64,000 nt of DNA. It comes from an uncultured Gammaproteobacteria bacterium. Lineage in GTDB: Bacteria; Patescibacteriota; Patescibacteriia; UBA1558; 2-01-FULL-52-15. A program made the translations under genes and the position numbers. A model generated the notes under the pieces. That model saw nothing but the letters and a program-made list of their open reading frames with translations. It ran no database searches and had not been told where the DNA came from. The DNA lies in the NCBI GenBank assembly GCA_964402565.1, contig CAYOCJ010000001.1:416079-480078 (forward strand), in the 5' to 3' direction. Below are positions 51,762 through 60,658 of this stretch, piece by piece (positions within the stretch are counted from its first letter, which is position 1; each line of letters opens with the position of its first letter).

Positions 51762-51804
51762 ATAGTATTGATTTTTATCTCATAGACTGGTACAGTTTCG
51801 TCCT

Positions 51805-52152
51805 ATGGATTACCAAGTATATAGCAAAAATCTCGATATCACGGATAGTTTGCGCGAATATCTCGACATGAAGCTTGCGCATGTCGATAAATTAAGCGTA
51901 TCACCCATAGCATGCCGTGTGGACTTAAGCAGAGATCAGCATCATCGAAAGGGCGAAATCTTTCGCGTTGAGATCAATATGAACGTACCGGGGAGGCTTC
52001 TCAGGATCGTTGAACAGCATTCTGATGTCAGGGCAGCTATTGATCTTGCTACTGATAAGCTGGTGCGGCAATTGCAAAAATTCAAAGGAAAAAAGATCGA
52101 CACAAAACGAAGGCTCGACCGCTTCATGAAAACATTTGGACGCGGAGAATGA
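51805..52152 (+). CDS. hpf: Ribosome hibernation factor HPF/RaiA (short form)
   Basis: KNLDITDSLREY; DVRAAIDLATDKLVRQL. Confidence 0.9.
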   Translation: MDYQVYSKNLDITDSLREYLDMKLAHVDKLSVSPIACRVDLSRDQHHRKGEIFRVEINMNVPGRLLRIVEQHSDVRAAIDLATDKLVRQLQKFKGKKIDTKRRLDRFMKTFGRGE

Positions 52153-52171
52153 TCTCCGTTAGAACGATACC

Positions 52172-54994
52172 ATGTCAGTACTAACGAAACTATTCGGCGA
52201 CGCTAATAAGCGTTTTTTAAATAAGCTCACTGAAGAAGTGGGAAAGATTTCTGCATTGGAAGAAAAATACACCGCATTTTCCGATGAAGCCCTGCGTGAG
52301 CAAACAACAGTGTTGAAAAAGCGAATCGTGGAACATGTCGAAAAGATTAAGGATGACCTGCACTCGCTTGAAAATACGATCCGTCTTACCGTTTCCGAGG
52401 ACGAAAAAAATCGGCTCAAACGGGAGCATATCGCACTAAGCAACTCAGCGTTGGATGATTGCATCCCCGATGCATTTGCCTTAGTGCGCGAAGTAGGGCG
52501 CAGAACATTGCAACAGAGGCATTTTGATGTGCAGCTGATGGGAGGCATTGTATTGCACCAGGGCCAAGTAGCTGAAATGAAAACGGGAGAAGGTAAGACC
52601 CTTACGTCTACCCTGGCTGTGTATTTAAATGCACTGAGAGGCAAAGGCGTGCATGTGGTAACCGTCAATGACTACCTTGCGAGACGCGACGCAATATGGA
52701 TGGGCCAGATTTTTTATTTTTTGGGCCTTTCCGTCGGAATCATTATCCATGATGCGTCCTACCTCTATGACCCGACCGCAACCACAAAAAAGGAAGATGC
52801 GGACCGGGATCAGGGTGTCAAGCTCGAAATGGAATATTTGCGTGAGGTTGACCGCAAAACAGCCTATGCTGCTGATATCACCTATGGAACAAATAATGAA
52901 TTCGGTTTTGATTATCTCCGCGACAATATGGTCCAGCATATGGACCAGAAAGTTCAGCGTGATCTGCATTTTGCCATCATCGACGAAGTCGACAGCATTT
53001 TGATCGATGAAGCGCGCACACCGCTCATTATTTCTGCGCCGGACGCAAAATCGACGGATAAGTACTATCAATTCGCTCAGATCGTAGAAGGACTGAGCAT
53101 CAAGGATGATTATGTGGTCGACGAGAAAGACCGCGCAGCTACGCTGACCGAGGCCGGTATCGCGAAAGTAGAAAAGATCCTGGGAGTCGAGAATATCTAT
53201 GTTGAACAGGGCATTCAGACAGTGCATCACATTGAGCAAGCGTTGAAGGCAAAGGCTTTATTTACGAGAGATAAGGATTACGCGATCAAGGATGGCGAAG
53301 TCGTGATAGTTGATGAATTCACCGGCCGCATGCTGCCTGGCCGCCGCTATTCAGAGGGCTTGCATCAGGCTATTGAGGCTAAAGAGGGGCTTACCATACA
53401 GCGTGAGAGCAAGACCATGGCAACCATAACCTTCCAGAATTACTTTCGATTATATTCCAAAATTGCCGGTATGACCGGTACAGCAGAAACAGAGGCTGAA
53501 GAGCTTGCGAAGATCTATAACCTTGACGTGACCACGATACCGACGAATAAGACCATGGTCCGCAAAGACCTGTCCGACAGGATCTATAAGAGCGAAGCAG
53601 GCAAATTCAAAGCAGTGGTCGAGGAAATCAAGCAGCGCACAGCAACCGGCCAGCCGGTTCTCGTCGGCACCATCTCGATCGAAAAAAATGAATTCTTGGG
53701 TTCGCTCCTTGAGCATGAAGGTTTGAAGTTCAATATTTTGAACGCAAAACAGCATGAACGAGAAGCTGAAACCATAGCGCAGGCAGGCAGCCTGAGTGCG
53801 ATCACGATAGCCACAAACATCGCCGGAAGAGGAGTCGACATCAAACTCGGAGGATCGCCATTCAATCAAGATGCATTCGACAAGATCGTAGCCTTAGGAG
53901 GACTGCATGTGATCGGAACTGAGCGCCATGAGTCTCGTCGTATCGATAATCAGTTGCGCGGACGTGCCGGCCGGCAAGGGGAACCTGGCTCGACGCAATT
54001 TTATGTTTCACTGGATGATGACCTGATGCGCATCTTCGGGGCAGAGCGCGTCAAAGCAGTTATGAAAAGCTGGCCCGAGGATGCTCCGATCGAGAATGCA
54101 TTCATTTCTAAGTCGATCGAATCCGCACAGAAGCGCGTCGAGGGCCATAATTTCGACATACGCAAGCACCTGGTCGAGTATGATGATGTGATCAATAAGC
54201 AGCGTACGCTTATTTACTCGAAGCGAGACCAGCTATTAGGCATCGGAGCCGAAGCCGCAGACGCTGAACTTCAAAATCTCGCGCAGCAAGAGATTAAAAG
54301 TGAAATAGAGGACGCTGTCTATTTTCATACGCAAACCGATGAGCGATCATCGTGGAAGATATCGGAGCTTATTGATTCCCTCAGGATTCTTTTGCAAAGC
54401 GATGCGTCCCAGGAAAAGGAAATGAAAGCTTTGCTCGAAGGAGGTATGCCTGCGGCTGCACGCGAAAAGGCCATTGATTTTTGCACCAAGCGCGCTGAGG
54501 AGCGGCTTGCGTCCCTCGCCGGGCAGGTTCAAAAGCAATTAACGACACCCGACCAGGCGCATCCTTTCAATGAGATCGTCAGGACATTGAATATACGGAG
54601 TATTGATATGCTGTGGGTCGATCACCTGGAGACGATTAATTATCTGCGCACCGGCATAGGCCTTCGCGGTTATGGACAACGGGACCCGCTTGTCGAGTAT
54701 AAGCGCGAGTCTAAGGACTTGTTTAATCGCCTGCTGGCTGATATTCGCAAGCAATTCGTGTATTCATTGATGAGCGTAACGGTTGGGACTCCGACGAAAT
54801 TGCAGTCCGGTCAGCATCAACATCTCCATGTCCAGGAGCAAAAGGCCAACTTGCAGGCATTTTCTGATGAAGAAGAACCTGAGCGCCAGAAGGTCATCTC
54901 AAAGCTGAAGAATGAACAGGGAGAGAAAATCGGCCGAAATGACTTATGTTTTTGCGGTTCTGGGAAAAAGTATAAGAAATGCCATGGGGCGTAA
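52172..54994 (+). CDS. secA: Preprotein translocase SecA
   Basis: EMKTGEGKTL, DEVDSILIDEARTPLIIS, RRIDNQLRGRAGRQG, C-terminal GRNDLCFCGSGKKYKKCHG. Confidence 0.98.
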   Translation: MSVLTKLFGDANKRFLNKLTEEVGKISALEEKYTAFSDEALREQTTVLKKRIVEHVEKIKDDLHSLENTIRLTVSEDEKNRLKREHIALSNSALDDCIPDAFALVREVGRRTLQQRHFDVQLMGGIVLHQGQVAEMKTGEGKTLTSTLAVYLNALRGKGVHVVTVNDYLARRDAIWMGQIFYFLGLSVGIIIHDASYLYDPTATTKKEDADRDQGVKLEMEYLREVDRKTAYAADITYGTNNEFGFDYLRDNMVQHMDQKVQRDLHFAIIDEVDSILIDEARTPLIISAPDAKSTDKYYQFAQIVEGLSIKDDYVVDEKDRAATLTEAGIAKVEKILGVENIYVEQGIQTVHHIEQALKAKALFTRDKDYAIKDGEVVIVDEFTGRMLPGRRYSEGLHQAIEAKEGLTIQRESKTMATITFQNYFRLYSKIAGMTGTAETEAEELAKIYNLDVTTIPTNKTMVRKDLSDRIYKSEAGKFKAVVEEIKQRTATGQPVLVGTISIEKNEFLGSLLEHEGLKFNILNAKQHEREAETIAQAGSLSAITIATNIAGRGVDIKLGGSPFNQDAFDKIVALGGLHVIGTERHESRRIDNQLRGRAGRQGEPGSTQFYVSLDDDLMRIFGAERVKAVMKSWPEDAPIENAFISKSIESAQKRVEGHNFDIRKHLVEYDDVINKQRTLIYSKRDQLLGIGAEAADAELQNLAQQEIKSEIEDAVYFHTQTDERSSWKISELIDSLRILLQSDASQEKEMKALLEGGMPAAAREKAIDFCTKRAEERLASLAGQVQKQLTTPDQAHPFNEIVRTLNIRSIDMLWVDHLETINYLRTGIGLRGYGQRDPLVEYKRESKDLFNRLLADIRKQFVYSLMSVTVGTPTKLQSGQHQHLHVQEQKANLQAFSDEEEPERQKVISKLKNEQGEKIGRNDLCFCGSGKKYKKCHGA

Positions 54995-55110
54995 AAAAAG
55001 AGCCGGCAGTTTAAATCTGTCGGACTCTCAAGACTGGAGCGCTTTGCGCCCAGCACCATCGCTCCTTTGATGGCCCTCATGCAGGAATGTTATACAAACC
55101 TACACGATCA
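54995..55110 (-). ncRNA. Candidate ~115-nt small RNA between secA and secD
   Basis: Consensus promoter TTGACA (55144-55139)-N17-TATAAC (55121-55116); terminator hairpin plus U-tract at 55028-54995; no credible ORF. Confidence 0.5.
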
Positions 55111-55196
55111 TGAGGGTTATAGCAGAGGTCTTTTGTACTGTCAAGGCAATAAAACCCTTGAAATAATTAGAAACACCTGCTACTATAGTCATCGTT

Positions 55197-56909
55197 ATGA
55201 ATAAGTATCGAGTTGAGTCAACTAGACGCAGAATGTCATCCCGGACGCAGGTCCGGCTTAGTTTATTGGCCATCGTGCTCTTGGCTGGTTTTTTTTCGCT
55301 CATCGCCTGGCCGAATTTGCCGGCAGGTTTCCCCGCATCTGCATATTTTAATAAATTTTCTCCGCATCTTGGACTAGATCTGCAGGGAGGTACGCACTTG
55401 GTATATCAGGCAGACCTTTCCAATATTGATTCATCTGAAAAGAATTCAGCGATCGAAGGAGCTCGAGATGTCATTGAACGCCGCGTCAATACCTTAGGCG
55501 TTGCTGAACCGGTCGTTGAAACCGCAAATCAGGCTGGCAATGCCCGCATCATTGTCGAGCTGGCAGGCATTAAAGATGTTAATCAGGCTATCAAACTGAT
55601 CGGTGATACGCCTTTGCTTGAATTTAAGGAAACATCTGATCAAAAGGCAACATCCACTCAGCCGACAGCCGATCAGATTTCAGCTGTAACAAAGGCGAAT
55701 CAGGAAAAAGAAAAGCTCGCAAAGGAACTTATTGCACGATTGAACAAAGGTGAATCCTTTGATGAGCTGGCGAAAAAATATTCTGAGGATACATCGAAGG
55801 ATAAAGGCGGCGATCTTGGTTTCGTGACCAAAGGTGTCTTTACGCCGCTCTTCGAGAAGGCGATCTTTGACGAAATGAAGGTCGGAGAATTGCGCCAGAC
55901 ACCTCTAAAAACGGAATTCGGATACCATGTGATCAAAAAGTTAGAGGAGCGGACCAATGATAAGGGCGAGAAAGAAGTGCGTGCGGCTCACATTCTCTTG
56001 AAGACGGCTTCTATAGCTCCGGCGACCACCGATATACAGTGGGTCAATACTCAGCTCTCAGGCAAGAACTTGAAGCGTGCGCAGGTTACTTTTAGTTATC
56101 AGGCAAATGAGCCGCAGGTTAGTTTGATGTTCGACAGCGAGGGCGCTGACCTCTTCAAAACGATCACTGAACGCAATATTGGAAAGCAAGTCGGCATTTT
56201 TCTGGATGGTTCAGTTATTTCAGCGCCGACTGTGCAAACAGCTATTACCGGAGGTCAGGCGGTTATCACGGGGAATTTCGGTCTTAAGGAAGCTAAGCTT
56301 TTGGCGCAGCGCTTAAACGCTGGTGCATTGCCGGTGCCGATCTCTTTGATCAATCAACAGACCATCGGCGCTAGCCTTGGCCAGGATTCGCTGCAACGCA
56401 GTTTGCAGGCAGGCCTGATCGGCTTTATTTTGGTGGCTTTGTTTATGATTCTGTATTATCGATTGCCAGGCGTTCTCTCAGTATTGGCTTTGGCTTTGTA
56501 TGCCATTATCACGCAGGGGCTGTTTGAAATCATCCCAGTAACGCTGACATTAGCCGGTGTAGCTGGTTTTATTCTTTCTGTAGGTATGGCGGTCGACGCG
56601 AACGTGCTGATCTTCGAACGTGTCAAAGAGGAATTACGCTCCGGAAGCAGCTATCTGCAGGCAGTAGAGGATGGTTTCAAGCGAGCATGGTCATCGATTC
56701 GCGACTCGAATGTATCGAGCCTTATCACCTGTGCGATTTTGTATTGGTTCGGTTCTTCAATTATCCGGGGTTTTGCCGTCACATTGGCCTTAGGCATTCT
56801 CGTGAGTATGTTCTCGGCTATCAATGTGACTCGAACCTTCCTGCGTATTATCATCAAACGGCAGTTCATACAGAAGAGCTGGTTATTCGGAATTAGAAAG
56901 AATTCATAA
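55197..56909 (+). CDS. secD: SecD with inserted parvulin PPIase domain
   Basis: LGLDLQGG, RRVNTLGVAEP, LNAGALPVP, GMAVDANVLIFERVKEE; insert AKKYSED...GGDLGF...TEFGYHVIK...AAHILLK. Confidence 0.95.
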   Translation: MNKYRVESTRRRMSSRTQVRLSLLAIVLLAGFFSLIAWPNLPAGFPASAYFNKFSPHLGLDLQGGTHLVYQADLSNIDSSEKNSAIEGARDVIERRVNTLGVAEPVVETANQAGNARIIVELAGIKDVNQAIKLIGDTPLLEFKETSDQKATSTQPTADQISAVTKANQEKEKLAKELIARLNKGESFDELAKKYSEDTSKDKGGDLGFVTKGVFTPLFEKAIFDEMKVGELRQTPLKTEFGYHVIKKLEERTNDKGEKEVRAAHILLKTASIAPATTDIQWVNTQLSGKNLKRAQVTFSYQANEPQVSLMFDSEGADLFKTITERNIGKQVGIFLDGSVISAPTVQTAITGGQAVITGNFGLKEAKLLAQRLNAGALPVPISLINQQTIGASLGQDSLQRSLQAGLIGFILVALFMILYYRLPGVLSVLALALYAIITQGLFEIIPVTLTLAGVAGFILSVGMAVDANVLIFERVKEELRSGSSYLQAVEDGFKRAWSSIRDSNVSSLITCAILYWFGSSIIRGFAVTLALGILVSMFSAINVTRTFLRIIIKRQFIQKSWLFGIRKNS

Positions 56910-56912
56910 CGT

Positions 56913-57833
56913 ATGAGAAACCTTCATATCATCGAAAAACGCAAATTTTGGTACACGCTATCGCTGATTATTACCATTGGCGCGGTTATATCATTATCCG
57001 TCTTTGGCTTTAAATACGGCCTGGATTTTACGGGCGGGAGTTTGATGGAATTAGAGTATTCAAAATCGCGGCCGGCGAATGATACGGTAGTCAATTTCCT
57101 AAAAAAACAGGGCCTCGAAAATGTGCGTGTCCAGCCAAGCGGTGATAAGGGAGTCATTATGCGCTTGCCGGAAGTGAATGAAGAAAAGCATCAGCAGCTG
57201 CTGAAAGCATTCGCCGATGATGCAAAAAACATCGAGGCTGATGACACTGTGAATGAGTTGCGCTTTGAATCCTTTGGTCCGAGCTTGGGCAGCGAACTGA
57301 AGCGCCAGTCGATCTATGCAGTACTCTTAGTTCTCGCAGCTATTATTGCGTATCTTGCCTATGCGTTTCGTAAAGTATCGCACCCGGTGGCATCGTGGAA
57401 ATTTGGCACCGTTGCTGTCATTGCTTTGATTCATGATGTTCTTGTTTTGGTCGGCGTATTTTCACTGCTTGGCCATTTCTATGGAACAGAGATAGATAGC
57501 CTGTTTATCACCGCCCTCTTAACACTGCTCGGGTTCTCAGTGCACGATACCATTGTTACCATGGACCGTATCAGAGAAAATTTGTTCAAGCATCAGGATG
57601 AAACATTCGAAATGGTCGTGAACCGGAGCATTAATGAGACCATGTCGCGCTCCATAAACACCTCTTTGACTACATTATTTGCTGTGACTGCTATTTTTCT
57701 GTACGGAGGATCGTCTATACATGATTTCAGCCTTGCCTTAATGGTCGGTATTATCGTTGGCACCTATTCTTCTATCTTCATTGCTGCGCCACTGCTTGCT
57801 ACCTGGTATAAGTTCGATCGTAGAAAGAGCTAA
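56913..57833 (+). CDS. secF: Protein translocase SecF
   Basis: GLDFTGGS, GFSVHDTIVTMDRIRE, RSINTSLTT, GTYSSIFIA. Confidence 0.97.
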   Translation: MRNLHIIEKRKFWYTLSLIITIGAVISLSVFGFKYGLDFTGGSLMELEYSKSRPANDTVVNFLKKQGLENVRVQPSGDKGVIMRLPEVNEEKHQQLLKAFADDAKNIEADDTVNELRFESFGPSLGSELKRQSIYAVLLVLAAIIAYLAYAFRKVSHPVASWKFGTVAVIALIHDVLVLVGVFSLLGHFYGTEIDSLFITALLTLLGFSVHDTIVTMDRIRENLFKHQDETFEMVVNRSINETMSRSINTSLTTLFAVTAIFLYGGSSIHDFSLALMVGIIVGTYSSIFIAAPLLATWYKFDRRKS

Positions 57834-57912
57834 TATTAGCTTAATATATTTTGTATTTTGGGCCTTTTGGCCTCTTTTTTTGTTTATAGAAACTCTGCTG
57901 TCCCTATAATGC

Positions 57913-57941
57913 TTGACTAAATTTATTAATTATGCTATATT
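57913..57941 (+). promoter_or_regulatory. Sigma70 promoter
   Basis: TTGACT-N17-TATATT with extended TG. Confidence 0.6.
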
Positions 57942-57974
57942 TGGCGCATAAATTAAACAGTAGACCACGAGCAT

Positions 57975-59081
57975 ATGTCTCAGTCAATATTAGACCAAGT
58001 CTTGTCATCACAGAAACAATCAGCAATCTCACGTTTTGACGCTGCAGAAACAGCTTCAAAGCTTTTTGGCATACTGAATGAGCGCGAGCAAGATATTATC
58101 CAGAAGCGATATGGCTTGCACGGTAAAGATAAAAGTACGCTCGAAGAGATCGGAAAGAGCTATGCGGTGACCCGCGAGCGAATACGGCAGGTCGAAAATA
58201 CATCACTGAAGCGAATTCGCGAGTCTTTTAATGAAACAATATTAAAAGAGCTCGAGTATTTGATCCAGAATATACTTGAAGATCATGGTGATATCATGTC
58301 TGAAAGTAAACTGGTTAAAATGCTGCTTGCAGCAGAGGATGAGAAGTCTAGTGACGGCGCTTTGGTCCGTTTCTTGCTCAACCAGCTGCTTACTGACCGT
58401 TTGGAATCGGTCAAAGACTCAGATACGACATACAAAGCTTGGTCGCTACCGGGTGCAGACTGGGAAACCTACGATCATATCGTCAAACAATTGATAGATA
58501 TTATCGATACGCATGGAGAGCCATTAGCACTTGAAGCTTTGCTGAGCCATGCTCGCGATCAGATCAAGCTCGAGAATGAGATGCATCAGAATTTCGAGAA
58601 TATTATCATGAATTATCTGGATGTAACCAAGAAGATCGAAGAGAATAAATTCAATGAGTGGGGTTTGTCGCACTGGAACAGTATCAAGCCGCGCCGCATG
58701 AATGACAAGATCTATATGATCATGAAGCGCGAGAATAAGCCGATGCACTTCGTTGAGATCGCTAAAAAGATAAATGAGGCTGGCTTTGATACACGCGTTG
58801 CGTACCCTGCGACCATCCATAATGAGCTTATCCTTGACGATAAGTATGTTCTGGTCGGCAGAGGTATTTATGCTCTCAAAGAATGGGGTTATAAACCGGG
58901 CGTGGTCCTGGATGTTATCAAGGACACCATCCGAAAGAGTCCGAAACCGCTGACTCGTGACGGCATTATTGATGAAGTACTCAAGAATCGCATGGTCAAG
59001 CGGAGTACGGTTATACTCGCATTGATGAATAAGAAGCATTTTTCGAAAAATGCTGACGGAACATACGCAATAGCTGAGTAA
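57975..59081 (+). CDS. Sigma70 region-4 HTH plus HARE-HTH (RNAP delta-like) protein
   Basis: TLEEIGKSYAVTRERIRQVE at the N-terminus; PMHFVEIA...TIHNELI...YVLVGRGIYALKEWG; no sigma region 2. Confidence 0.8.
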   Translation: MSQSILDQVLSSQKQSAISRFDAAETASKLFGILNEREQDIIQKRYGLHGKDKSTLEEIGKSYAVTRERIRQVENTSLKRIRESFNETILKELEYLIQNILEDHGDIMSESKLVKMLLAAEDEKSSDGALVRFLLNQLLTDRLESVKDSDTTYKAWSLPGADWETYDHIVKQLIDIIDTHGEPLALEALLSHARDQIKLENEMHQNFENIIMNYLDVTKKIEENKFNEWGLSHWNSIKPRRMNDKIYMIMKRENKPMHFVEIAKKINEAGFDTRVAYPATIHNELILDDKYVLVGRGIYALKEWGYKPGVVLDVIKDTIRKSPKPLTRDGIIDEVLKNRMVKRSTVILALMNKKHFSKNADGTYAIAE

Positions 59082-59140
59082 GTTTTTCTGCTGCTTCACG
59101 CATTTACTGGCGTGCGGTACAATACAAATACAAAGAAATC

Positions 59141-60658
59141 ATGAACGCCTGGTTCGAACAAATTACCGTTTTTTTTGTTGAGCTTTCTACCAAGAATCCA
59201 CTGTCTATCATGTGGATTTTATTTCTTAAAGGAGGCTGGGTCATTGTCATGATCGGCTTGCTTCGGCTGTGGTGGCTGATGCGTTTATATTCGCTGCAAA
59301 CCAAGTACAGCAAAACCATCACGTATACCATGCTTGCCATAGATATTCCGAAGGCCAGCGAACAAACGCCGAAAGCCATGGAACAGGTGTTCGCTACTAT
59401 ATCTGGGGCGCATGCAGACTTCAACAAAAAAGAAATTTATCTGAAGGGAATGTACCAATTGTCATTTTCTTTCGAGATCATCAGTATTGACGGGTATATT
59501 CAGTTTTTGATTCGAACGCCATCGGTATTCCGAGATCTGATCGAAGGCGCGATCTATGCCCATTATCCCGACGCTGAGATCACGGAAGTGTATGATTATA
59601 CGACCGATATACCGACTAATTTCCCCAATGATAGATTCAACCTCTGGGGCGCTGAGATCGAAACTGCAGCAAATGAGGCGCTGCCGCTACGTACGTACGA
59701 GTCTTTCGAGGATAAATTGTCGCAAGAACTGAAAGACCCGCTGGCCGGCGTGCTCGAAACCATGAGCCGCATTCAAAAAGGAGAGCAAGTCTGGCTTCAG
59801 ATCATCGTGAAGCCGACGGACACCGCATGGGCGAAAAAATGCATCGCATATGCTCATAAGCTAGCCGGCAAGAAAACTGAGACCAAAAGCAGCAAATCCT
59901 GGTACTCGCCAATTTTGGGTTTTCTCTATGGCATGTTCGATGATTGGATATCATGGATGCCTGGCTCAAAAGTCGAATCGAAAAATGATAACGGGCTGGA
60001 TTTTAAAGTATTGAACCTCACACCGGGTGAACGCGCTACCATTGAAGCGGTGGAGCGGAAAGCTTCAAAGATAGGCTTCGTTTGCAAAATTCGACTCATG
60101 TATCTTTCTCCTCACGAGCAATTTTCCGCGAAGCGCGTTGTCTCCGCAGTATTCGGCGGTATGAAGCAATTCGGAGACCTCAGCTCAAATGCGTTGAAGC
60201 CCAATAAGCGGACAAAGACACAGGCAGTGTATTTCAGGCCAGAACAGCGCGCAGATGCACGGAGACGGAGGATCATGGGCAATTACAAAGCGCGCTCGTG
60301 GTTTAACGGATCAAAATACTTCATTTTGAATACTGAAGAACTTGCAACACTCTATCATTTCCCGTCGATCACGGTGACTACACCGTACTTGAAACGCACC
60401 GAGGCAAAAAAGAGCGACGCGCCTTCTCAATTGCCTTCCAGTGCTGAAGAGGTCATGGTGCAAGAAGAGAGCAACCTTAAGCAGCAGCTTGAAGGCTTAT
60501 CGCTCGATAATAGCTACTACGAAAAATTATACGCGAAAGGACCTGTTGAAAAACCCAAGCAAAAAGCGACGCTCAGTACTCCCGAAAAACAGCAGCCAGG
60601 TACACCAGCAATCGAGTCGAGTGACGGTGTCCCGCATAATTTACCGATACTGCAATGA
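59141..60658 (+). CDS. Hypothetical membrane-anchored protein partnering the downstream ATPase
   Basis: N-terminal TM; FSFEII, IYAHYPDAEI, PLRTY, ILNTEELATLYHFP; ATGA overlap with the ATPase. Confidence 0.75.
   Translation: MNAWFEQITVFFVELSTKNPLSIMWILFLKGGWVIVMIGLLRLWWLMRLYSLQTKYSKTITYTMLAIDIPKASEQTPKAMEQVFATISGAHADFNKKEIYLKGMYQLSFSFEIISIDGYIQFLIRTPSVFRDLIEGAIYAHYPDAEITEVYDYTTDIPTNFPNDRFNLWGAEIETAANEALPLRTYESFEDKLSQELKDPLAGVLETMSRIQKGEQVWLQIIVKPTDTAWAKKCIAYAHKLAGKKTETKSSKSWYSPILGFLYGMFDDWISWMPGSKVESKNDNGLDFKVLNLTPGERATIEAVERKASKIGFVCKIRLMYLSPHEQFSAKRVVSAVFGGMKQFGDLSSNALKPNKRTKTQAVYFRPEQRADARRRRIMGNYKARSWFNGSKYFILNTEELATLYHFPSITVTTPYLKRTEAKKSDAPSQLPSSAEEVMVQEESNLKQQLEGLSLDNSYYEKLYAKGPVEKPKQKATLSTPEKQQPGTPAIESSDGVPHNLPILQ

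Noticed and set aside
55030-55075. Fluoride riboswitch (GCGATGGTG on the minus strand)
   Set aside because: The downstream pseudoknot partner and a regulated gene are missing.
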